NCBI GenBank assembly: GCA_040767085.1
Contig: JAXGPF010000007.1
Location: 128,001 to 192,000, forward strand
Source of the DNA: Kiritimatiellia bacterium
GTDB taxonomy: Bacteria > Verrucomicrobiota > Kiritimatiellia > JAAZAB01
Reading direction: 5' to 3'
DNA: 64,000 nucleotides
In this document: piece after piece, positions 51,031 through 61,217 of the stretch
How positions within the stretch are numbered: the first letter of the stretch is position 1
Layout of the letters: each line of letters begins with the position of its first letter
Position numbers and translations under genes: made by a program
Notes under the pieces: generated by a model
Told to the model about the DNA's origin: nothing
The model's database searches: none
What the model saw: only the letters and a program-made list of their open reading frames with translations

Positions 51031-54000
51031 ATGCCAAACCGCTTCTTCGGCTCTTCCGCCCGCTCTTTATGGATTCGGGGTGCGGCGCGCTTCTGCTCTG
51101 CCGCGATGTTGCTCGCCCTGGCGCCGCCATTGGCGCAGTCCGCGGCGCCCTGCGTTGGAATTCTCTGCCACGGGGAGCGGCGGAACAATGAAGGGATTTA
51201 TCTCGCCCTGCAATCCGCGGCCGAGATCGGAGAAACGCGTTATGTGGATACGCTCGCGCCCGCCGGCCTCCAGGGCCTTGACGCGCTGATCGTGCCGCCG
51301 GCGCCGGATGGGCGCATGCTGGCCGCGGGCCGGGAAACGCTCCGGCAGTGGGTGGCGGAAGGGCATGGGGTCATGCTGCTGCACGACGCGGTCGGCTACC
51401 GGAAACACTCCGTGCTCTTCCCGGAAATCGCCAGGGGCGTCGGGAATCCGTTCAACCGCGAGACCGGGTACGGCACAGAATGCATCGTCACGATCCAGCA
51501 TCCGGCCGTCAGGGGATTCGAGCCGCCGGCCCTTGTCGAGCATGCGTACTATGACCAGGTTGTGATGGAGCGCGGGCCGGAAGGCGTTGTCCTGGCGCGC
51601 GAGGCCATCGTGCTGGACGCGGAATTGCGCGGCGGCGGTGAACCGGTCATTGTGGCCGGGACGCTGGGCAAAGGTCGGGTAGTGGCGAACGGACTGCTGG
51701 TCGGCTTTGACGAAACCGTCAAACCGAAGGCGCCGAAAGGCGCGGAACAGAAATTATTGATCGGTCTTGTACAATGGCTGGCCGGCGCAGGCGATCACCC
51801 GCAAAAAAACGATTTGGGCCCCGACGTGAAAGTGACGCGCAGCCGCGCAACGGAGGGCGGCGCGGGCGAACAGGACGTCTGGCAGAAAATCGCCGGGATT
51901 CAGAACCAGGCGCTCGAGCCCTGGTCCGGCGAATGGGGCCGGAGCGCAAAGCCGGCGCCTGCCCCGGTGGCAATCTCGCGATTCCGAACGCCGATCGAGT
52001 TCCCGGAGGCGGGGTTGCGGCCGAGCGGATACACCCCCGTTGCGGACGGCTGGGTTCGCGTCGATTTGCGGGACGAGTGGAAATGCCGGCCGATTCCGAA
52101 CAGCGAGGCCAATCCAGCGGATGACGAAGGCACGCGGCAGGCGTTCTTCCAACCGGAGCATGACGACCACGCGTGGACCAACCAGCCCGTGCCCGCGGAA
52201 AGCCGGCGCACGGACACGAAAGAGACCGGCATCATCTGGTATCGGCGTTCCGCCGTCCTGCCTCCGCTCAAGGCCGGGCAGCGCGTCCTCCTCTCCTTCA
52301 CCCGCTGCGGGATCGAAACCAAGGCGTGGGTGAACGGCAAGTACGCGGGAATGCGCGTGGGCGGCACAACTCCGTTCGAGTTCGACGTGACGGACATGGC
52401 CAGGGGCGGAGAGACAAATCTGGTCGCCCTCAGGGTCTATGACATTCGCAAGCCGAACGCCTCGTACACGCTGCCGGACGGACAGGTTTGCATGAAAAGG
52501 CCATACTACGTTTCAGCCGGCCATCTCTGGGGCGAGGCCGCCCTGACCGTCAAGCCGGAGCTCTATTCGGTCCGGACGCTGATCACTCCCCGCCTCGCGT
52601 CGTCGGAAATCGAAGTGGATGCATGGCTGTTCAATCCCGGGCCGGAGCGGAAAGTCTCCCTGGCCCTGTGCGTGGCGCCGGTTCCGCCGCCCCTGGCGAA
52701 AGGCGCGGGCGCGCCCTCGTCGGCGGCGGCCGGGTCCGTCAGCCTCGCGCCGGGCGTCCAGCGGCTGGCGTTCCGGGTTCCGATGAATCAGCCCATCCCA
52801 TGGACGACCGACAACCCGTTCCTGTACAGCCTGGAAATCCGGAACGGGCCGGACGTGCTGGCGCGCGAACGGTTCGGCTTCCGTGAATTCAGGACCGACG
52901 GCCCGCACTTCCTGCTCAACGGCAAGAAAATCAACCTGATCGCCAACGTCGTCAGCGGCGGCACGCTCGATCTGTCGCGGCGAATCGAGATTGACAACGA
53001 AGGGCTGTTCCTCAGCCGCTATCTGCTGGCCATGCAAGGGTTCAACGCCAACACGCTGTACACCATGGGCGGCCCCCACCCGCGCCAGATGTACGATCTG
53101 TGCGATGAGTTGGGTCTCCTCGTGTATGCCGACTGGAACGCCGCTGGCGCGTATTACGTGAATCCCGCGATGATCGAAGGCTGGAACCAGGGAGAGCGGG
53201 AAATGCAGGTGTGGGCGGCGGAGCTGTACAATCATCCCGCCCTGGTGATGTGGTCCCTCGGCGCGGAGTTGTTCGAACGCTACACTCCCAAGCCGTATTC
53301 CGGCTTCAACGAGCTCCTGAACCCGGCCTATGACGCCATGCAGGCGCTGGACCGGCAGGGGCGGCCGATCTGCTCTTCATCCGGCCGGGGCGTCTGGCTG
53401 GATCCGGACGCTAAAACCGACGTCAACGATTTCCACGCGTATCCGGGAAATATCGCCGGATCGTGGACCGAGGAGGCCGGAATGATTCGTTCGATCTGGT
53501 CGTACTCGCTCGGCCACAAGCCGGCCGTTCCGGTGATCCAGTTTGAGATGGACGGCGGCCGTCAATGGAACGAAGATCGGAAAGCCGTGGAAACGCTGCT
53601 CCAGGCCGAGCGCGAAAACGGCCGCATTGACCGCGCGAAGTTGATTGAATTGTTCCAGCAGAAACCGTATCGTATGGGCCTGCCCTGGATATCGTCACTC
53701 TACGGCTTTCGCCGTTATGCCGCTGAAGCCGCCCGCGGCGACGGCTGGCGCGAAGGCGCGTCCGGGCAGATTTACGTACGCAAGAACGTGGGCCAGGCGT
53801 CACGCATCGCGGGCCCCCTGCTGGCCGGGTATGCTCCCAACGCGGAGACATTCAATCTCATGGATATCACCGTCACGGGCGAGGTGTCCCAGACAACCCG
53901 CGGCTGGCTTCATACCCGCCTCGGCAAAGGCTGGGCGATCACCGACGATCTGGCGGAAAAACGATTCATCGAAGCCGAGGGATACCTGACGTGGCAGCGG

Positions 54001-55029
54001 GTCAACAACCCGACGCTGATCTGCATGGATCGTTTTGATCGCAACGTCTTCGCCGGCGGGGTCGTGACCGCCCGCGTATATGCCATCAACGACGTTGACG
54101 CCCAGTCCGCCCCCTGGACTGCGCGCTGCGTCGTGCGGGATGAAACCGGCCGGGCGCTGGACGACCGGGCAGCGGACGTCGGCCGGATCGGCGGATTCAA
54201 GCGCAGGATGCTCCCGTGGACGTATGCCGTCCCGCCGGATCTGCCGACCGGGTTTTACCGGGTGGACATGTACCTGTCCGCGGGCGAACGCATTGTTTCG
54301 GACAACTATGAATCATTCTTCGTTCTCGGTCAAGCCGATGCCATGCAACGCGTCACCCCCGCTGCCGGCCGGCGATTAGCCCTGTATGACAGCCGCGACC
54401 GGAAATACAAGACCGGGATCAGGACCAAGGACGTCCTGGATTCATTGCAGACCCCCTGCACGGAAATCACGGACTTCGCGTCGATCGCAGAATTCGACGT
54501 TCTGATTGTCGGGGCTGACAGCATGGACGAGCAGGTCCGGGCGGCGGGCGACGCCCTCAAGGACTGGATTTCCAGCGGCGGGCGGCTGCTCCAGTTCGAG
54601 CAGCACGTCGGCGGAACGATCCCTTATTGGCGCCAGCTCAGGCTGATCTCGGCCAAACCGCACATCCTCGCTGAAATCATCGAGGCGAACCATCCGGTCT
54701 TCAGGAGCATGGACTATCGCCACATGGAACTGTGGAACGATCTGCCCGACCTCCGAACGCCGGGGGAAGTGTACCGGATGCTGCTGGGGCCGCTGAATGA
54801 GGACATGCTGGCGACCGGCGCAATCGGTGTGCCGCGCGAGAGCGCGCAGAACAACCAGATGGCGGTCACGGAGACCATCATCGGCAAAGGGCGGCTGGTC
54901 ATGAGCCAGATGGAGGCGACGCAGCGCTACGGCGCCGATCCGCTGGCCTCGCGCCTGATTTGGAACCTGCTCGACTACATCCTGAGCGATTCTCTCTGGC
55001 CAGCGGCGACATCGGGGGACGCGCCATGA
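51031..55029 (+). CDS. Secreted multidomain GH2 glycoside hydrolase with ThuA/GATase-like N-domain
   Basis: WYRR, AWVNGKYAG, FEFDVT, FGFREF, LNGK, CDELGL, NHPALVMWSLGAE. Confidence 0.8.
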   Translation: MPNRFFGSSARSLWIRGAARFCSAAMLLALAPPLAQSAAPCVGILCHGERRNNEGIYLALQSAAEIGETRYVDTLAPAGLQGLDALIVPPAPDGRMLAAGRETLRQWVAEGHGVMLLHDAVGYRKHSVLFPEIARGVGNPFNRETGYGTECIVTIQHPAVRGFEPPALVEHAYYDQVVMERGPEGVVLAREAIVLDAELRGGGEPVIVAGTLGKGRVVANGLLVGFDETVKPKAPKGAEQKLLIGLVQWLAGAGDHPQKNDLGPDVKVTRSRATEGGAGEQDVWQKIAGIQNQALEPWSGEWGRSAKPAPAPVAISRFRTPIEFPEAGLRPSGYTPVADGWVRVDLRDEWKCRPIPNSEANPADDEGTRQAFFQPEHDDHAWTNQPVPAESRRTDTKETGIIWYRRSAVLPPLKAGQRVLLSFTRCGIETKAWVNGKYAGMRVGGTTPFEFDVTDMARGGETNLVALRVYDIRKPNASYTLPDGQVCMKRPYYVSAGHLWGEAALTVKPELYSVRTLITPRLASSEIEVDAWLFNPGPERKVSLALCVAPVPPPLAKGAGAPSSAAAGSVSLAPGVQRLAFRVPMNQPIPWTTDNPFLYSLEIRNGPDVLARERFGFREFRTDGPHFLLNGKKINLIANVVSGGTLDLSRRIEIDNEGLFLSRYLLAMQGFNANTLYTMGGPHPRQMYDLCDELGLLVYADWNAAGAYYVNPAMIEGWNQGEREMQVWAAELYNHPALVMWSLGAELFERYTPKPYSGFNELLNPAYDAMQALDRQGRPICSSSGRGVWLDPDAKTDVNDFHAYPGNIAGSWTEEAGMIRSIWSYSLGHKPAVPVIQFEMDGGRQWNEDRKAVETLLQAERENGRIDRAKLIELFQQKPYRMGLPWISSLYGFRRYAAEAARGDGWREGASGQIYVRKNVGQASRIAGPLLAGYAPNAETFNLMDITVTGEVSQTTRGWLHTRLGKGWAITDDLAEKRFIEAEGYLTWQRVNNPTLICMDRFDRNVFAGGVVTARVYAINDVDAQSAPWTARCVVRDETGRALDDRAADVGRIGGFKRRMLPWTYAVPPDLPTGFYRVDMYLSAGERIVSDNYESFFVLGQADAMQRVTPAAGRRLALYDSRDRKYKTGIRTKDVLDSLQTPCTEITDFASIAEFDVLIVGADSMDEQVRAAGDALKDWISSGGRLLQFEQHVGGTIPYWRQLRLISAKPHILAEIIEANHPVFRSMDYRHMELWNDLPDLRTPGEVYRMLLGPLNEDMLATGAIGVPRESAQNNQMAVTETIIGKGRLVMSQMEATQRYGADPLASRLIWNLLDYILSDSLWPAATSGDAP

Positions 55030-55862
55030 AATCCGAATCCTGCGCTACAAAGCACGAGTCCTCAGGCCGGCGCCGGGGTGAGGGCATCCCGGCTCCAGAT
55101 CGCGCTCCTGTAGTCAACGCGTTATACCCGCCGGGGATCGCGGCGTATAACGCCGCGGCTGCAATTTCTTCGTGTCCTTTGTACTCTTCGCGGTTTGCTC
55201 CGCTCCTGCTCCGGTGCGCTCTGCTGCTTTCCCTCTGCATGGCGGCTCAAAGCGGAGAAACGCCCCGGAACATGTGCGCTTTCATCAACATCGGCAAAGC
55301 GGCCGTGCGATCGCCAGTTGCGCAGGCGGATAAAACAGCGTTCGGATTCGGGGCCGGAATCCGCGAGATTCACGGCGTATCCTTCGATCACCGGTACGGC
55401 GGGGTTTCCCTCCGGGCCGGCGAACGGCTGACCATCACGACTGACGAATTTGTTTACGCGGGCGAAAACGGGATCGAAACCATGACCCACCACGACCTGG
55501 GCCCGCTGGTGTTTTATGCGGTCCAAACGGTGTACCTCCTGCACGGAGCGGACGGCGCTCCCGCCGGCCGCGCGATCGGCAGGATGGAATTCACCCGTGA
55601 AGATGGAACGACCGACGTCGAGGAACTCGTCCTGGGCGAAAATGTTTGCAGCGCCGAGGTCAAGGCGGAATGGGCGCAACCGGCGGAGAACGGCTTCTGC
55701 GTGGCGGCGCTGCTCAACCCGGTTCCGTACTCTGACATGATATATGAACCGGGCAGGGGGAACGGCCTGAAACAGTTGTCCATTGCGATTGTTCAGACCG
55801 GCATCGTGTATCGGGTCGCGGGGATTACCTGCCTGCTCGGCCGGCAGAAAGTCCACGATTGA
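55026..55862 (+). CDS. Hypothetical, probably secreted protein
   Basis: ATG overlaps the GH2 stop; signal-like LLLRCALLLSLCMAAQS after a repeat-derived N-terminus; start uncertain. Confidence 0.55.
   Translation: MKSESCATKHESSGRRRGEGIPAPDRAPVVNALYPPGIAAYNAAAAISSCPLYSSRFAPLLLRCALLLSLCMAAQSGETPRNMCAFINIGKAAVRSPVAQADKTAFGFGAGIREIHGVSFDHRYGGVSLRAGERLTITTDEFVYAGENGIETMTHHDLGPLVFYAVQTVYLLHGADGAPAGRAIGRMEFTREDGTTDVEELVLGENVCSAEVKAEWAQPAENGFCVAALLNPVPYSDMIYEPGRGNGLKQLSIAIVQTGIVYRVAGITCLLGRQKVHD
55109..55163. repeat. GTAG-type REP doublet
   Basis: TGTAGTCAACGCGTTATACCCGC and inverted GCGGCGTATAACGCCGCGGCTGCA; related copy at 59897-59920. Confidence 0.7.
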
Positions 55863-55923
55863 TCCAGGAGGAACAAGGTGGGGGCAACGTCATGCCCCCT
55901 GCCCAAGAGGAGGAGGATTAGCC

Positions 55924-57438
55924 ATGAGAAGCAGGAATGTGTCTTGCCGTATTTGTATAGGTTTGTTTGCCTGCATTTTGCACTTCTTGCAGGGCTTTAT
56001 GCCGTGCGATGGAGCGACGACGTACTATGTGGCCGGCACAAACGGGGACGACAGCGCGGACGGCACGAACTGGCCAACGGCGTTGCGCACGATCTCCAAT
56101 GCCGTCCTGAAGGCGCAGGCGGGGGACGAGGTCCGGCTGTCCACCGGCGAGCATTTCATTACCGACACATTTGTGCATGTGAAGAATGACATAACAATCC
56201 GCGGCGACACTGGAAACAGGGAAGACGTGATCGTAAACGGCAACTACCCCACCACACGAAATCGCTGTTTTTATATGACCGCCGGGACTATCGCGGATCT
56301 GACCATCACCAACGGCTACGGTCAGACCGACGCAACGTACATAACAAAATGGCATTACGGAGGCGGCGTGTACATGTTGGGCGGCACGCTTCGGAATTGC
56401 CTGATCACCGGGAATATATCCAGCAACCGGGCCGGCGGCGTGTACATGAGAGCCGACGGCGCCCTCATGACAAACTGCACTCTCTCCGGCAATTATCTCG
56501 TTTATAGCGGTGAAGGAGGCGCGGTGTACATGGAAAAGGGAAGGATAGTTGATTGCGTGATCAGCAACAACAATACCGCCGGGAATGGAGGCGGCGTTTA
56601 CCAAATGGCCGGAACGATCGAAAACAGCGATCTTGTGTGGAACACGGCAGACAAAGGCGCCGGCCTGTATCAGACAGGAGGGCTTGTGACCAATTGCCTG
56701 ATTGCGTTCAACAGCAACGTTAATGGCCTCTACCATGGCGGCGGAGGCGTTTACATGACGGCAGGCACCGTCGCGGCCTGTCGTGTTATCGGCAACAACG
56801 CGGGCGCGAACGGTCCGGGCGGAGGCATCAGCTTGCGGGCTGGAAAGGGCCAGATGGTGCATGATTGCTGGATCATCAGCAATACAGCAGCCACTTTCGG
56901 GGGCGGTGTTGCGTTGCATGCGAATACGGACGGGCAGGTCAGAAACTGCCTTATTGCGGGAAACACGGCCACCAATGGAACGGGAAGCGGCCTGGGTGGC
57001 GGAGTTTACACCGAGGTAATTACGGGCGCCGTCGTGAATTGCACGATCGTCGACAATAAGGGCGACACCGGCGGCGGGATGTACTGCAAAACGTCCGGAA
57101 ACATTCTGAACTCCGTGATCTACTTCAACACCGTGTCCAGCGAGACCAGCCCCAACTGGTTCAACAACGGATCGGGAATGCTTTATACCAATTGTTGCAC
57201 AACGCCTTTGACCGGACTGCCCGGCTCCGGCAACGTTGAGGGCGACCCGCGGTTCGCCGACCCGGCGGCAGGCAACTACCACCTTTCGGCCGGCTCTTCG
57301 TGCATCAACGCCGGGTTTTACCAGGAGTGGATGGCCACCGGCCGCGATCTGGACGGCAAACCGCGGCTGAACGCGGGCTTCGTGGACATCGGAGCGTATG
57401 AATACATCGCGAGCGGCACGATAATCAGAATAAAGTGA
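55924..57438 (+). CDS. Secreted parallel beta-helix repeat protein
   Basis: Signal peptide, repeated GGGVYM/NCLI.GN, C-terminal DPRF...YHL...SSCINAG...DLDG.PR...VDIGAYEY. Confidence 0.85.
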   Translation: MRSRNVSCRICIGLFACILHFLQGFMPCDGATTYYVAGTNGDDSADGTNWPTALRTISNAVLKAQAGDEVRLSTGEHFITDTFVHVKNDITIRGDTGNREDVIVNGNYPTTRNRCFYMTAGTIADLTITNGYGQTDATYITKWHYGGGVYMLGGTLRNCLITGNISSNRAGGVYMRADGALMTNCTLSGNYLVYSGEGGAVYMEKGRIVDCVISNNNTAGNGGGVYQMAGTIENSDLVWNTADKGAGLYQTGGLVTNCLIAFNSNVNGLYHGGGGVYMTAGTVAACRVIGNNAGANGPGGGISLRAGKGQMVHDCWIISNTAATFGGGVALHANTDGQVRNCLIAGNTATNGTGSGLGGGVYTEVITGAVVNCTIVDNKGDTGGGMYCKTSGNILNSVIYFNTVSSETSPNWFNNGSGMLYTNCCTTPLTGLPGSGNVEGDPRFADPAAGNYHLSAGSSCINAGFYQEWMATGRDLDGKPRLNAGFVDIGAYEYIASGTIIRIK

Positions 57439-57575
57439 GTTTTGCGTAACTGAGGAGATGCCGGCCGCCGCGGCGCTGCTTGGCCTCGAAACGCTTCGGA
57501 GCGAAGGAGGCTACGCCGCGATTCCCGGCGCTGCAAAAGAGCGGCCAATGGCCGAGAAGAAAGGAACGCTGGACG

Positions 57576-58934
57576 ATGAGATTTCCGAAAAACTTCGTCT
57601 GGGGCGCGGCGGCGGCGAGCTACCAGGTTGAGGGCGCGGCGCGCGAGGACGGCAAGGGACTTTCCGTCTGGGACATGATGTGCCGCCAGCCCGGCAAAAT
57701 ATGGGAGGGCAACACGGGTGACGTCTCGTGCGATCACTACCACCATTATCGCGCCGACGCGCGGCTGATGGGCCGGTTGGGCCTCATGGCCTACCGCTTC
57801 TCCATCTCCTGGCCGCGCGTCATTCCCGGGGGCAAGGGCGCAGTGAACGCCAAGGGGCTGGATTTCTACGACCGGCTCGTGGACGCGCTCCTCGCCCACA
57901 AGGTTCAGCCGTGGGTCACGCTTTTTCACTGGGACTATCCGTACGAGCTCTTCTGCCGCGGCGGCTGGCTCAACCGGGACAGCGCTGACTGGTTTGCCGA
58001 CTATACGCGGGTCGTGGTGGAGCGGCTGGGCGATCGGGTGAAGCATTGGATGACGCAGAACGAGCCGCAATGCTACATCGGCTGCGGCCACGTCACCGGC
58101 GAGCACGCCCCCGGTCTGCGGATGGGCGTCGCGGAAATATTGAGGATGATTCATCATTCTCTGCTGGCGCACGGCCGGGCCGTGCAGGTTATTCGCGCGT
58201 GCGCCGCCGCCCGGCCGATGGTCGGCGCGGCGCCGGTGGGAATCGTGATGATCCCCGCGTCAGGAACCGGCGCCGACATCGCCGCCGCCAGGAAAGCGAT
58301 GTTCAGCGTGGGCAAGGACATCACGTGGTCCAACGCCTGGTACATCGATCCGATGATCCAGGGGCGTTACCCGGAAGACGGCATGAAGACTTTCGGACCG
58401 CGCCTGGCCGCCGTGAAATCCGGCGACATGGAAACGATTCGTCAGCCGCTCGATTTCTTCGGCTTCAATGTTTACCATGGGAACACCGTGCGCGCCTCCA
58501 GAGCGAGCCCGGCGGGATGGGAAAAGGTTGCGAGCGGGAACGGCCCCGCGCTGACGACCATGACGTGGAAAATCACGCCCGAGTGCCTCTACTGGGGTGC
58601 GCGCTTCTTCCACGAGCGCTACAAACTGCCGGTGGTCATTACGGAAAACGGCATGGCGAATTGCGACTGGGTGCATCTGGACGGCAAAGTCCACGATCCG
58701 CAGCGGATCGACTATTTGCGCAGGCACCTCCGCGAGCTTGGCCGGGCGATTCAGGACGGAGTCCCCGTGCTCGGCTACATGCAATGGTCCTTGATGGACA
58801 ACTTCGAATGGGCGCACGGCTATAAACAGCGCTTCGGCCTGATCTACGTGGACTATCAGACCGGCAAACGCATACCGAAAGAATCCGCGTTCTGGTACAG
58901 GGATGTCATCAAATCCAACGGCGTAAAGATATGA
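57576..58934 (+). CDS. GH1 beta-glucosidase
   Basis: FVWGAAAASYQVEG, YRFSISWPR, NEP, ITENG, DNFEW. Confidence 0.96.
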   Translation: MRFPKNFVWGAAAASYQVEGAAREDGKGLSVWDMMCRQPGKIWEGNTGDVSCDHYHHYRADARLMGRLGLMAYRFSISWPRVIPGGKGAVNAKGLDFYDRLVDALLAHKVQPWVTLFHWDYPYELFCRGGWLNRDSADWFADYTRVVVERLGDRVKHWMTQNEPQCYIGCGHVTGEHAPGLRMGVAEILRMIHHSLLAHGRAVQVIRACAAARPMVGAAPVGIVMIPASGTGADIAAARKAMFSVGKDITWSNAWYIDPMIQGRYPEDGMKTFGPRLAAVKSGDMETIRQPLDFFGFNVYHGNTVRASRASPAGWEKVASGNGPALTTMTWKITPECLYWGARFFHERYKLPVVITENGMANCDWVHLDGKVHDPQRIDYLRRHLRELGRAIQDGVPVLGYMQWSLMDNFEWAHGYKQRFGLIYVDYQTGKRIPKESAFWYRDVIKSNGVKI

Positions 58935-58981
58935 CCTGACGCCGGTTGATCAGGTTCGGCGTCCGAACGGGAGCGCGGCAG

Positions 58982-59830
58982 ATGAAGATGAAACAAGCAA
59001 GAAGACAACGAATGAAATTCCCACGCTTTTTCAGCGCGCCGGCCTGTTCGGCCATGCTTCTATCGGCTGCGATCCTGCTCCCGCTCGCGCCATCGGCGCG
59101 GGCGGAAGATCCGAACCCGCTGCAAATCGCCGTGCTGGATGTGCAGTGGCAAACAACGCCTCTGACGAACCGCCTGGGAAAACTGAAGATCGGCTCCGAC
59201 TGTCTGACCAAGGAGGAGTTGTTTCAGGAAAAGCGCCTCTTCCTGTATGACATGTTCGTAATCCCATCCAACGGCACGCTGGACCAGGAGCAATACGATG
59301 CCGTCAAAACGTTCGTTTCGAAGGGCGGGGTGTTTGTCCCCTTCGACCTGGGCGGCACGGTCATGGACATTGATCGCAACGGGAAAGTGTCCCTGCCGCC
59401 GGACCTCATCGTCTCCTCGAAGGGAAAAATTTTTTACGAGCTTACCGGGGGCGAGCGGCTGGGGGCGCATTGGAAGATTGCCGGATTCAGCATACTGAAC
59501 GCGTGCCCCATCACCCAGGGCTTTGCCGCGGGCGAGCGGCTGGTGTTTACGAATGCGACGGGCGCGTGGGCGCAGAACTCCGCGCCGGGAACCATCGTCT
59601 GCTGCGGGGATGCGACGATCATGTCGCGTGCCGACGGCAGCGAGCGTTCCCGGCAGGGACAGGCGATTCAGGTGAAGAAGTACGGCAAAGGCGCGGGCAT
59701 TTGGATTGCCGTTGGCCTGCACAGCATTTCCGGCGAACCCGCGGATCGCCTGCTCACGAACATTTTTACCCGCAAGACGCTGGACTGGTGCCGCCGGTTG
59801 CCCGACCAGCCTGGTTTACGATCGAACTGA
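58982..59830 (+). CDS. Hypothetical secreted protein (class I GATase-like fold possible)
   Basis: Signal peptide ending ARA; FVSKGG, KYGKG; start 58982 or 59012. Confidence 0.55.
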   Translation: MKMKQARRQRMKFPRFFSAPACSAMLLSAAILLPLAPSARAEDPNPLQIAVLDVQWQTTPLTNRLGKLKIGSDCLTKEELFQEKRLFLYDMFVIPSNGTLDQEQYDAVKTFVSKGGVFVPFDLGGTVMDIDRNGKVSLPPDLIVSSKGKIFYELTGGERLGAHWKIAGFSILNACPITQGFAAGERLVFTNATGAWAQNSAPGTIVCCGDATIMSRADGSERSRQGQAIQVKKYGKGAGIWIAVGLHSISGEPADRLLTNIFTRKTLDWCRRLPDQPGLRSN

Positions 59831-59959
59831 CGCGGTCCGCAAAAGCGCTTTGGACCGCGGCAGCCGGCCCGCCTGCGCCAAGCCGACGGGAGGGCAGCGG
59901 CGTATAATGCCGCAACTACAGGGGCGGAATTTGGACTGCGGCGGCTGGACGCCGCTTTC
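59831..59959. repeat. Cluster of short palindromic repeats between convergent genes
   Basis: CGCGGTCC/GGACCGCG hairpin, GCGGCGTATAATGCCGCAACTACA, TTGGACTGCGGCGGCTGGACGCCGCTTT. Confidence 0.6.
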
Positions 59960-60055
59960 ATCCGGCGGGGCAGGAGCAGAAACCGCAGAACACCAGAAGG
60001 CGCGGAACCATGCATAGGAAGAGATTTGTAGCCGCGCCCGGCGATTGCCTGCGAT

Positions 60056-61144
60056 TCAACGGCGTTTTCCCCGCGCCGGGAGGGTAAGATCGCGGACGCT
60101 ACTCCGCTCAATCAGCACGGGCGCGAACTGGCGGCGGATTCGCAGCGGGTTCCCTGCCAGCCATTCGTTTACGACCCTCGCCAGCGCGCGGCCGATGTCG
60201 GAGAGCGGCTGCCGGATTGATGTCAGCGGCACGGGCAGAAACGGATTGTATAAGCGATCGTCGTAGCCGATCAGGCTCACATCATCCGGCACGGTGATGC
60301 CGGCGTGCAGCAGTTCATCGTAAACCAATTGAGCATGCCTGTCCGTCAGCGCGGCGACCGCGGTATACGCAGGGCCCCGGCGCAGCGAATTCCGAACCAC
60401 TTGGTGCAGGCTGACCGCGCCGTCCGCCAGGGGGCGCAATTCGACGAGTTTGACGCCGCGTTGGCGCGCGGCCTGAGAGATGCCCCTGATCCGTAAAGCC
60501 ATTTCGTCGCCGGGCAAAGCGCCTTTGGCGGGCGTAGCGGGAAAGACGCCCACGCTCCGGTGTCCGTTCAGGGCGAGGTGCTCCATCATCCGCCGCCCGC
60601 CAAGCTCATTATTGGTGCAGACATACTGGCCGGCGGCTGTCACCCGATTCAACATGATGGTCCGGAATCCGTTTTTCTGCAAATCGGCAAGCACCGTATC
60701 ATCGAAAGCGCCATCCACAATGAGAAGATCCACCTTGTCACGCCGATAAACCTCGGGCGCAATGTAGTCCTGAAAATAAAAACTTGTGGCCACCGACGAG
60801 TCGACGAATTCCTTGAAGTTGTGAAAGACGGTCTCGAAGAACCAGTTGTCCCACCGCTGGATCACGAGGAGAAAGCCGACGCGCTTGGCTGCCGGCGGGA
60901 GTTGACGGGAGGTCGTGTCCGGGCGCCGGACAGCCACAAATGTTCCCCTGCCCTGTCTTCGCGTCAGCACGCCGCGTTTTTCGAGGGCCGCCAGCGCTCT
61001 GCGAACGGTGATCCGGCTCACCTCGTGACGTCCTGACAACTCCCGCTCCGAAGGAAGGCATACGTTCGGAGGATATAGCCCTGCCACGATCTCCTGGAGC
61101 AGGATGTCGATCAGCCGCTCCGTTTTACTCTCAATCCGGACCAT
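60056..61144 (-). CDS. GntR-HTH / LacI-type sensor hybrid regulator (AraR-like)
   Basis: LPSERELS, VSRITVRRAL, GRGTFV; C-terminal VPDDVSLIGYDD, LTSIRQP. Confidence 0.92.
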   Translation of the reverse strand: MVRIESKTERLIDILLQEIVAGLYPPNVCLPSERELSGRHEVSRITVRRALAALEKRGVLTRRQGRGTFVAVRRPDTTSRQLPPAAKRVGFLLVIQRWDNWFFETVFHNFKEFVDSSVATSFYFQDYIAPEVYRRDKVDLLIVDGAFDDTVLADLQKNGFRTIMLNRVTAAGQYVCTNNELGGRRMMEHLALNGHRSVGVFPATPAKGALPGDEMALRIRGISQAARQRGVKLVELRPLADGAVSLHQVVRNSLRRGPAYTAVAALTDRHAQLVYDELLHAGITVPDDVSLIGYDDRLYNPFLPVPLTSIRQPLSDIGRALARVVNEWLAGNPLRIRRQFAPVLIERSSVRDLTLPARGKRR

Positions 61145-61217
61145 GATTCTCCTTCAATGCTGCTCTGGTGTCATCATAATTCCAGTCAAGCGCAACCATG
61201 TTGACGAAGCGGCGGGG

